Source: Bordetella parapertussis
GTDB lineage: Bacteria; Pseudomonadota; Gammaproteobacteria; Burkholderiales; SG8-39
Reading direction: 5' to 3'
DNA length: 64,000 nucleotides
NCBI GenBank assembly: GCA_945862265.1
Contig: CAMAXP010000004.1
Coordinates: forward strand, 36,118 to 100,117
The notes under the pieces are model-generated. The model made no database searches and was not told the DNA's origin. It saw nothing but the letters and a program-made list of their open reading frames with translations. Below are positions 19,360 to 26,608 of the stretch, piece after piece (position 1 is the stretch's first letter; each line of letters starts with the position of its first letter). Both the position numbers and the translations under genes were made by a program.

Positions 19360-19424
19360 GGGGTTTCCTTGCTCGGAATTGAAGTTCAGGGCAGCGCTGC
19401 GTGTATGGTTCATGGCGCCCCCGA

Positions 19425-21950
19425 TCAGAACGATTGATTATTGGTGGGCAACTGCGTCGCGGTGCCACCCTTGCTCGACTGCACCACCACCGAGCTTGGT
19501 TTGACGTTGCGCGGTAATCTCACCAACGGATTTCCGTTGAGATCGAACGGCAATTGCCAGCAGGGATCCGCTACCGAGCACTGCACCGCGCCGACGTCGG
19601 TGGCAATGGGCGCCACCGACCGAATCATCCTGGTCTGCGGCAGCAGCACATTGGCGCCGTCAAACGCGGTGACAAACAGATCGGGGACCGGTCCGGCAGG
19701 CTGCGAGGATTTGGCAATCACCCGCAGGCCGCGCAGACCACCGATCGGCACCCACATCACACGGCTGATGGTCACGGTATCGATGGTCGGCGGCGTCACC
19801 GGCGGGGTGACAGGCGGGGTCACTGCCGTGGTAAAGGTTGGCGGTGCCGGCGGTGCTTCGGCAGCCACCGTAATCAGCGCCTGCACGCAGGAACCGTTCT
19901 GCAGCACCAGCGGCGGCGTGCACCCGGGCGGCGCCACCGGCTGCATGCAGCTGGTGTTGCCGGGGGCAGCGCCCTTGGCGCAATAGGCGATCTGCGGCGT
20001 AACGAGGATCGGCAGCGCATCCGGATCGGCAGGGGGCCAGGCGAGCACGCTGGCATCGCCGTTGAAGTCATACACCGCGGGCTCGGCGGTGCCGATGCGG
20101 GTCATGTGGGACAGGACGCGGTTGCGCACATCGCTCAGCGGTGCCGCGGTGAATTTCGGGTCGTTATAGAGGCCGACCGGAATATTCTCCGCCTGGGTGC
20201 GCGGATCGAGGCCTTCGAAGGGATAAGGGTCGAGCGGCTGCGGGGTGGTCTCGCAACCATCCTTGCAACCACCGGGGCTCAGACGCCGGTCGAGGGTCCA
20301 CGGCATCGAGGTAAAGAAGAACGGCAATGCGGTCTTGGTCAGGTCGACTTCCGCCATCTCCGGCATGCCGATACCGCCGAGGCCGCCCATGCCGAGAATG
20401 CCGTTGGCAATCGGGAACAGGTATTCGCCGTTGGTCGCCTTGTTGCCGCGGATGTCCACGGTCACCGGCTCGTAGCCGGCGGCACGCGCCGCGAGCAGAT
20501 GCCCGGTACGCATGATGATTTCACGCGGCAGCGGGCTCAGTACGCCGAAGATATCGTTCAGTGATGCCGCCGTTGCGCTCTGGTTGTTCGGGCAGAAACT
20601 GTTGCCCAGACGTGCATCGGCACGCATATGGATGCAGGGATTCCCGCGTTCACGCGCGCCCGAGAGGAAGTCGAGGTTGTAGCGCAGTTTCCAGATGTTG
20701 TTGCCAACGCCTGCGACAAGACCATTGTTCAGTCCGCAGTCGTTGCCGGCACGTGTCACCAGATCGCAACCCTTGGTGGTGCCCAGCGGTTTTTCGTGGG
20801 GCAGGTTCTGCTCCGGGTCATAGTGCACGGTCCAGAACAGCACGTCGGGCGGCAGCGTCGAGTAGCCGATGAACAGGCCGCGGATGCGCAGGTTGTTGAA
20901 GCCCGGGGCATCGAGTTCAATTTCATCCGGATACAGATAGTCGGGCTGGGTCAGCGCGGTCTTGGTGGCAATCGCCACCGAGGTGGTCGATGTGTGGAAA
21001 GACAGGAAGCGCACGCCGTTCACCAACTCATAGCTGCCCTCCAGCTTGATATGGTCGCCGACCTTGATCGGCGCCATGCGCCGCGAATCGGCAACGGGTG
21101 TATTGGGCAATGCCGGACGATTGGTCTGCGGGCACAAGGCATCACCGTTGGCGGGATTCGCGAGGCTGGCGCGGGCCGTACCACCGGCCACTGCCGCAGA
21201 GGCATCCACGCCGGCACCCTGTGCCGGCAGGCCGGCCCAGGTCCGCGCCACCCGGCTGGGGATGCACATCGGATAGCCGGTGATTGAAGCGTTGGTATAG
21301 TTGTCGGGATCGTTGCCGAAGCGCGCATCGGGGCTGCAGTTTTCGGATCCGGTCGCGCAGCCGAGGCCCGCCTGGATGGTGTGGCGCGAACTCGGATCGT
21401 TCATCCGTGCCAGCAGGCCGGTACCCGGATCCACCGTCGATGTCGCCGGAACGACCGGCGTACCGTTGATGCGCAGATAACCGTCGGTATGGTTAATGTA
21501 GGTCACCACCCCGGAAAGACCCTCGCGCCCCTTTTCCAGGAACAGGTCGCCGGCGATGACATTGCCGTTGCGCGTACGGTTGGCGGCGACAAAAGCAAAG
21601 CCGCCCTTGCCGCTGGTGTTGCAGGTATCGGACTTGGCCAGACCGGTCTGCCCCAGCGCCTTGCAAGCCGCGGGCGCCTGATCCACCAGCTGCCACAGCG
21701 TCAGCCGGTTCGCCGGCAGATCCACCAGCAAGTTGCGCGGGACGATGATCGACTGGTTGCCGACTACGATGGTGCCGCCCGACCAGTAATCCCCGGGGGT
21801 AGTCAGCGACAGGTGCTGAATCTCTCCGGAGATCGGTGCAGCGGTTGCGGCGCCCGCTGGCGCGGCTGGCGTTGCTGTCGCGAAAAGCGCAAGCGCGGCC
21901 AACAGCCGTCCAGCGTCCTGTGCGAGTTGATGAATGCGTAAGGTTTTCAT
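19425..21950 (-). CDS. uncharacterized secreted cysteine-rich protein, paralog 2 (841 aa)
   Basis: ORF 19425..21989. The ATG at 21950 gives signal peptide MKTLRIHQLAQDAGRLLAALALFATATPAAPAGA. The same 18 Cys positions and motif string as paralog 1. Confidence 0.85.
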   Translation of the reverse strand: MKTLRIHQLAQDAGRLLAALALFATATPAAPAGAATAAPISGEIQHLSLTTPGDYWSGGTIVVGNQSIIVPRNLLVDLPANRLTLWQLVDQAPAACKALGQTGLAKSDTCNTSGKGGFAFVAANRTRNGNVIAGDLFLEKGREGLSGVVTYINHTDGYLRINGTPVVPATSTVDPGTGLLARMNDPSSRHTIQAGLGCATGSENCSPDARFGNDPDNYTNASITGYPMCIPSRVARTWAGLPAQGAGVDASAAVAGGTARASLANPANGDALCPQTNRPALPNTPVADSRRMAPIKVGDHIKLEGSYELVNGVRFLSFHTSTTSVAIATKTALTQPDYLYPDEIELDAPGFNNLRIRGLFIGYSTLPPDVLFWTVHYDPEQNLPHEKPLGTTKGCDLVTRAGNDCGLNNGLVAGVGNNIWKLRYNLDFLSGARERGNPCIHMRADARLGNSFCPNNQSATAASLNDIFGVLSPLPREIIMRTGHLLAARAAGYEPVTVDIRGNKATNGEYLFPIANGILGMGGLGGIGMPEMAEVDLTKTALPFFFTSMPWTLDRRLSPGGCKDGCETTPQPLDPYPFEGLDPRTQAENIPVGLYNDPKFTAAPLSDVRNRVLSHMTRIGTAEPAVYDFNGDASVLAWPPADPDALPILVTPQIAYCAKGAAPGNTSCMQPVAPPGCTPPLVLQNGSCVQALITVAAEAPPAPPTFTTAVTPPVTPPVTPPTIDTVTISRVMWVPIGGLRGLRVIAKSSQPAGPVPDLFVTAFDGANVLLPQTRMIRSVAPIATDVGAVQCSVADPCWQLPFDLNGNPLVRLPRNVKPSSVVVQSSKGGTATQLPTNNQSF
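19789..19824. repeat. 12-bp imperfect tandem repeat x3 inside a coding region
   Basis: ggcggcgtcacc / ggcggggtgaca / ggcggggtcact encode VTPPVTPPVTPP in the linker of paralog 2. Confidence 0.8.
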
Positions 21951-22050
21951 GGCCGACCCCGGTATGACTTCCGAAAAAACGAGTGTCATAAAAATCGGAT
22001 TCGCGGACGTGGCTGAAAGGTCTTTAAACCGTCAACTTGAGTCGTCGGGA

Positions 22051-22066
22051 TGTAACGTCGTGTAAC
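22051..22066. promoter_or_regulatory. direct repeat TGTAAC-N4-TGTAAC (10-bp period), candidate response-regulator site
   Basis: tgtaacgtcgtgtaac lies in the AT-richer 326-bp noncoding region, about 100 bp upstream of the paralog-2 start. Confidence 0.25.
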
Positions 22067-22248
22067 GGAAGCCTTACAAAGAAGGAAACACAAAAAAGGT
22101 GTCCGTGCGCCAGCTGGCGAGGAGCCCCGTGGCTATCTTCTGGAACCGGATTCTGCTGGAAGAGATGTTTTCCAACCTTGTGGACAACGCGATCCGGCAT
22201 ACCCCTGATTCCGGGCGGATCGGGGCGGAGCGGTCGCTTACACCCTAG
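22066..22248 (+). pseudogene. sensor histidine kinase remnant (HATPase_c N-box only)
   Basis: The short open frame reads ...ARSPVAIFWNRILLEEMFSNLVDNAIRHTPDSGRIGAERSLTP*. The LxxxxxNLxDNAxxHTP N-box is present. There is no HisKA, G1 or G2 box, and the frame is truncated at both ends. Confidence 0.65.
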
Positions 22249-22315
22249 CCGCGGTCTGAACCGACCTCGGGCATAATGGCCGCCTATGTGTCTATGCGCC
22301 TGAAAGGAGCCCGAC

Positions 22316-22621
22316 ATGGAAACGCCGGTCCGTTGGTCGTTGAAAGTTTCGCGGGAAACCGACGAGGCGTTGCGCGAGCACCTCGGTCGCTCGGGTGGCC
22401 GCAAGGGCGACATGTCCAGGTACGTGCAGGAAGCGGTCAATGCACGGCTTAAGGCGGAGGCGGCTCCTTCCGGAAAGCCGGAAATGCCCGCCAAGGCCGG
22501 CACGAGGGAGGGGCTGGCGGAGGCGCTCGTCGAGATCAGGGCGCGAACAGGCGCGCTTTCGAAGGCGCGCTTCGAGAAACTGGTGACCGAGGCGGTGGCC
22601 TACGCGCGTAAGCGCCGCTGA
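22316..22621 (+). CDS. ribbon-helix-helix (CopG-like) antitoxin
   Basis: AAAGGAG RBS. The N-terminal strand-helix-helix pattern is VRWSLKVSRETDEALREHLG...MSRYVQEAVNARL. It is followed 3 nt later by a PIN gene. Confidence 0.7.
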   Translation: METPVRWSLKVSRETDEALREHLGRSGGRKGDMSRYVQEAVNARLKAEAAPSGKPEMPAKAGTREGLAEALVEIRARTGALSKARFEKLVTEAVAYARKRR

Positions 22622-22624
22622 GCG

Positions 22625-23035
22625 GTGCTCGTCATCCTCGATACGAATGTCCTCCTGAGCGCACTGCACGCGCAGAGCGGCCCGCCGGCGAAAATTCTGG
22701 ATGCGTGGCGAGACGGACGCTTTGGTCTGGCGACGAGTTCCGAGCAGATCGAGGAATTCAGGCGCGCGGCGCGTTACCCGAAACTGCTCCCTTACCTGCC
22801 GCGTGGCGCGGTGGGCCGGATGGTCAACGATCTGCGGGCTGCGGAAGTCTTGCTCGAGCGGCTGAGGCGCGCGGGCGACGCTCCCGACCCGGGCGACGAC
22901 TACTTGCTCGCCATGGCGCTCGCCGCCGGCGCGGATTTCCTGGTGACCGGGGACAAACCCCTGCTGTCGGTCAAGTGCGTGGGGCACGCGCAGATCATTT
23001 CGCCAAGCCGTTTCGCAGCCATGCTGGCCGGCTAA
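22625..23035 (+). CDS. PIN-domain toxin (TIGR00305-like)
   Basis: GTG start. VLVILDTNVLLSAL...SSEQIEEF...DDYLLAMALAAGADFLVTGDKPLL carries the conserved acidic PIN residues. Confidence 0.8.
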   Translation: MLVILDTNVLLSALHAQSGPPAKILDAWRDGRFGLATSSEQIEEFRRAARYPKLLPYLPRGAVGRMVNDLRAAEVLLERLRRAGDAPDPGDDYLLAMALAAGADFLVTGDKPLLSVKCVGHAQIISPSRFAAMLAG

Positions 23036-23076
23036 GGGCGACGATTTATGACATTCAACCCCGGATCCGGACCCGG

Positions 23077-24039
23077 TTAGTTCAGCTTGATGTTGCCTTC
23101 ACGCGCGATGCGCCCGTAGGCCTCGTACTCTTCCTGCGTCATCTGCCCGAGGCGTTCCGCCGTGATGGCCTTCGCGAGGGCATCGGTGGCGGATATGCGC
23201 GCGATCACGTCGGGTCGCCGGAGGATCTTCTCGGTCTCGCTGCGCAGGCGGGAGAGGATCGGTGCCGGGGTACCGGCCTTCACGTACAGCGCATTCCACG
23301 ACCCGATGACGATGCCGGGCACGCCCGCCTCCTTCAGCGTGGGCACGTCGGGAAGGGACGCGACGCGCTCCTCGTCGCCGGTGGCAAGCGCCTTGAGCTG
23401 CCCGCTGCGGATGAAGGCGAGGACGGTGGGCAGCACGGCGAAGTAGGCCTGTACCCGGCCGGAGAGCAGGTCGGGATTCACCGCCGCGGCGCCCTTGTAG
23501 GGGACGTGCGTCATCGCGCTTCCTGTGACCTTGTTGAACTGCACGCAGGCGAGGTGGTTGAAGCTGCCCTCGCCGTGGGACGCGCACGACACCTTCGGGC
23601 CCTGGGCCTTGGCATAGGCGGCGAACTCGAGCAGCGTCTTCGCCGGGACGGAAGGATGCACCACCAGCATCGAGGGCAGGGCGGCCACGAAGCCGATCGG
23701 CTCGAAATTCTTCGGGCTGTAGTTCACCACCGGGTTCAGCGAGGGCACGATCGCGGAGGGGCCGTTACCGCCCATGGCCAGCGTGTACCCGTCGGCCGGT
23801 TGCGAGAGCACGTAGTTGAGTCCGACTGCGCCGCCCGCGCCGCCGCGGTTCTCGACGACGGCGGGCTGGCCCAGGGACTTGCCGAGTTCGTCGGCCATGA
23901 TGCGCGTAAGCAGGTCGGTGATGCCGCCCGCGGTGAACGGGGCCACGAGCGTGAGGCCCTTGCGCGGCCAGTCCTGCGCCGATGCCGCGCCTGGCAGCGC
24001 CAACAGGCAGGACACAAGCAGCGTGAGCGTCGCCCTCAT
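23077..24039 (-). CDS. Bug/TctC-family tripartite tricarboxylate transporter substrate-binding protein
   Basis: Trimmed to the ATG at 24039: MRATLTLLVSCLLALPGAASAQDWP...LVAPFTAGGITD. The C-terminal pattern is typical of the Bug family. Confidence 0.85.
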   Translation of the reverse strand: MRATLTLLVSCLLALPGAASAQDWPRKGLTLVAPFTAGGITDLLTRIMADELGKSLGQPAVVENRGGAGGAVGLNYVLSQPADGYTLAMGGNGPSAIVPSLNPVVNYSPKNFEPIGFVAALPSMLVVHPSVPAKTLLEFAAYAKAQGPKVSCASHGEGSFNHLACVQFNKVTGSAMTHVPYKGAAAVNPDLLSGRVQAYFAVLPTVLAFIRSGQLKALATGDEERVASLPDVPTLKEAGVPGIVIGSWNALYVKAGTPAPILSRLRSETEKILRRPDVIARISATDALAKAITAERLGQMTQEEYEAYGRIAREGNIKLN

Positions 24040-24746
24040 TTCGGCTCGCCCTGGAACGGCACCAGCGGCCAGTTGATGCTGCGCAGGTAGTCCTTGTACT
24101 TGGCCGGGATGCCCTTGTCGTAGCAGTCCGCGTAGAAGGGCGAGAGCGGTTTGTACCACTCGTAGGCCTTGCGTAATTCGCCGGTGGGTTCGAGGGCCAC
24201 GTCGACCCGCAGGTCGAAGAGCGGGTAGGGACCGTCGCCGCAAACGAACAGCGTCGCGGAGCGTTCGCCGTCAGCCTGGCCGCCCGCATCGCGCCCGGCT
24301 TCGAGCGCGAGCATCAGGCGCTCGTCCAGCTCGAGTGCGCTGTTGCTGCTGAAGGCCGCGGCCATGTTCGCGACCACCTTTTCCCCGGCCAGCACGTTAC
24401 CGGCGACTGCGAAGTCCTCGCCTTCGATGTGGCCGCACCACGGGCGCGACTCGCTGCCGGTCAGCGCGATGCCCGAGCCGCTTGTGCCGATGTACATGAG
24501 CTGGCGCTGCGCGGAGTAGGGGTCGGAGTGGGTCACCGCATCGAAGACGCGTTTCGCGCCGAAGCCCGCCTTGGCCAGCTCCACCGCGATCTCCAACAGG
24601 AAATGGTTGTGCCCGGCCTGCACCACGACCACGGCCTTGCCCGGGATTACCCGTACGGCGCGGCGACCGATGGCGGGGGTGCCGGTGGCCTGCGCGAATC
24701 CCAGCTTGCCGGTGCGGTTGCAACGGCCTATGACTGTGAATGTCAT
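24036..24746 (-). CDS. DUF1028 family (Ntn-hydrolase-like) protein
   Basis: MTFTVIGRCNRTGKLGFAQATG... has the typical DUF1028 N-terminus with Thr2. ATGA overlap with the downstream Bug gene. Confidence 0.75.
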   Translation of the reverse strand: MTFTVIGRCNRTGKLGFAQATGTPAIGRRAVRVIPGKAVVVVQAGHNHFLLEIAVELAKAGFGAKRVFDAVTHSDPYSAQRQLMYIGTSGSGIALTGSESRPWCGHIEGEDFAVAGNVLAGEKVVANMAAAFSSNSALELDERLMLALEAGRDAGGQADGERSATLFVCGDGPYPLFDLRVDVALEPTGELRKAYEWYKPLSPFYADCYDKGIPAKYKDYLRSINWPLVPFQGEPK

Positions 24747-24749
24747 TCT

Positions 24750-25856
24750 CTATACCCCCTTCGGATCAGGAAATTTGTAAAGCTCCGCCGCGGTCCCGCA
24801 CAGGATGCGGTCCTTGTCGAGCGGGGACAGGAAGTCGCAGTGCTTGCGGATGTAGTCGAGCGATTGCGGGTAGGTTGCGGCGCGCTCGGAGGTCGGGTAG
24901 TCGGACCCCCACAGCAGTTTCGAGGCGCCCAGTCGCTTGTGGAAGTCCCGGATCAGGACCTGCGCTTCAGGAAAGGGATAGTCCCAGCGGTTGCCCTGCA
25001 TCACGGGGAACAGCAGTTCGAGCCTGATGTTGTCGGCTTCCAGCGTTTCCCAGAATTCCTCCGGGATCACGACCCGGCCGCCCGCGTCCATCAGCAGGCC
25101 CACATGCACGCCGTGGGTGAACACGCTGGGGATGTCCTTCCAGCGCCGCGCCCACTTGCCCAGCCGCGCCACCTGCTCGACGTAGTTGCGCTCGCGCGGC
25201 GCGCCCAGCGGCCGGATGTTCCAGAGCACCGGGATGCCGAGCCTGCGGACCTCTTCCCAGAACGGGTCGAACTTGGTGTCGTCGAACTTGTCGCGGAAGT
25301 CGTAGCGGAAGAAACCCTCGATCTGGAAATGCAGGGCGGTGAGCCCGAGCACCTCGACGGCTCGCGTCAGCTCGCCGATCTGTTCCGGCTGGTCGCAATC
25401 GGCCTCGTGGATCTGGGCGGAGGCGGCAAACCGATGCGGGTACTTGCGGATGACCTCGCCGTAGTAGTCGTTGAGCATGCCGTACATGTGCGCGTTGTGC
25501 AGCATGGCCTTCTCGACGCCGGCGTAGTCCATCAACGCGATCATCTTCTCCGGCGCGAGGCTCTCCGGGAAGTTCGGCGCGAACATCTGCAGGTGGTAGT
25601 CCTTCCCGTCGCGCGTCCATTCCATCCTGCCAAACTCGCCGTAGCGGAAATTCACGTCGACCATGTTCGACCAGCCCATGCCCTTGCCGTCGCTGAGCGT
25701 CTGCTCGGTCACCACCCGGCCGGTCGCCGTCTCGATCACGGGCTGCGAGGGTGCTACGACGTGCACCTGCGCTGCACGCATGTGCTCCTCGGGCGAGGCA
25801 TAGCCCACATGGTCGTGCAGAGAGGGAAAGGCGTGGGCATGGGCGTCGATGATCAT
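24750..25856 (-). CDS. amidohydrolase-2 family metal-dependent hydrolase
   Basis: MIIDAHAHAFPS... with a TIM-barrel amidohydrolase pattern. 368 aa. Confidence 0.8.
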   Translation of the reverse strand: MIIDAHAHAFPSLHDHVGYASPEEHMRAAQVHVVAPSQPVIETATGRVVTEQTLSDGKGMGWSNMVDVNFRYGEFGRMEWTRDGKDYHLQMFAPNFPESLAPEKMIALMDYAGVEKAMLHNAHMYGMLNDYYGEVIRKYPHRFAASAQIHEADCDQPEQIGELTRAVEVLGLTALHFQIEGFFRYDFRDKFDDTKFDPFWEEVRRLGIPVLWNIRPLGAPRERNYVEQVARLGKWARRWKDIPSVFTHGVHVGLLMDAGGRVVIPEEFWETLEADNIRLELLFPVMQGNRWDYPFPEAQVLIRDFHKRLGASKLLWGSDYPTSERAATYPQSLDYIRKHCDFLSPLDKDRILCGTAAELYKFPDPKGV

Positions 25857-26608
25857 TTGCGTACCTCCTTTTTGGTGCCGGCAAGCCGCAGCTGGATGCG
25901 CGTGGCCTCGGCCTTGAGCAGTGTGACGACTTTTGCACGACGCTTGGGATCGAGCCTTTCCTTGATCGCCGCGCAGGACAGCGCGCCGACCGGGCGGCCC
26001 TCGCCGTCGAGGATCGGCACCGCCACGACGAGCGCTTCGGAAATCAGCGCGGGCCAGAACGCGTAGCCTTTCTCCCGTGCGTCTTCCAGCAGCGCCTTGA
26101 TGCGGGTCAGGGTGACCTTGGGGTAGGGGCGGATCCGGCCCCGGATGCGTTCAAGGACGGCCTTTGTTTCTTCCTCGCCGAGGGAGGCCAGCAACGCGAG
26201 GGCCCCGCCGCCGACGCCGAGCGGGTACGACTTGCCGATCTCCATGACCAGCGACTTGATCGGGTAGCTGCCGTCGCGGCGCGCCACGCACAACGCATCG
26301 TCGCCGACCCGGCGCAAGAGGTAGATGGTGTCGTGCGTCTCGGCCTCGATGCGGTCGAGCGAAGGCGCGGCAATCGTCGTGAGATCGAAGCGGCGGTTGG
26401 CCGCCATGCCGAGGAGCCACGCCTGCGGACCGAGGTGGTAGCAGCGGCTGGCATCGCGTTCGACGAGCCCTTCGCGGTCGAGCGACTTCAGCATGCGGTG
26501 CAGCGTGATGCGGTTGAGGCCCGTGGCCTGCACGAGCTGCCCCGCCTGCAGGCCACCGGTCTCGGCATCCATCAGCGCCTGCAGCACCAGCATGGCCTTG
26601 CGGAGCAT
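25853..26608 (-). CDS. IclR family transcriptional regulator
   Basis: Trimmed to the ATG at 26608: MLRKAMLVLQALMDAETGGLQAGQLVQATGLNRITLHRMLKSLDREGLVE (wHTH) plus an IclR effector domain. Coupled to both neighbours (ATGA junction upstream at 26608, 4-nt overlap downstream at 25853..25856). Confidence 0.85.
   Translation of the reverse strand: MLRKAMLVLQALMDAETGGLQAGQLVQATGLNRITLHRMLKSLDREGLVERDASRCYHLGPQAWLLGMAANRRFDLTTIAAPSLDRIEAETHDTIYLLRRVGDDALCVARRDGSYPIKSLVMEIGKSYPLGVGGGALALLASLGEEETKAVLERIRGRIRPYPKVTLTRIKALLEDAREKGYAFWPALISEALVVAVPILDGEGRPVGALSCAAIKERLDPKRRAKVVTLLKAEATRIQLRLAGTKKEVRK

Noticed and set aside
16784-20564. Plus-strand ORFs (16784..18103, 17749..19437, 19554..20564) opposite the two large secreted-protein genes
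   Set aside because: I considered whether the real genes lie on the plus strand. Only the minus-strand frames give full-length uninterrupted ORFs with signal peptides, an RBS, and 18 positionally conserved cysteines shared between the paralogs.
21951-22315. Largest noncoding gap, checked for a tRNA, sRNA or small CDS (including ORFs 22037..22276 + and 22024..22503 -)
   Set aside because: No cloverleaf-compatible arms or conserved tRNA boxes were seen. The listed ORFs lack an RBS and overlap the kinase remnant frame, which explains the coding-like signal.
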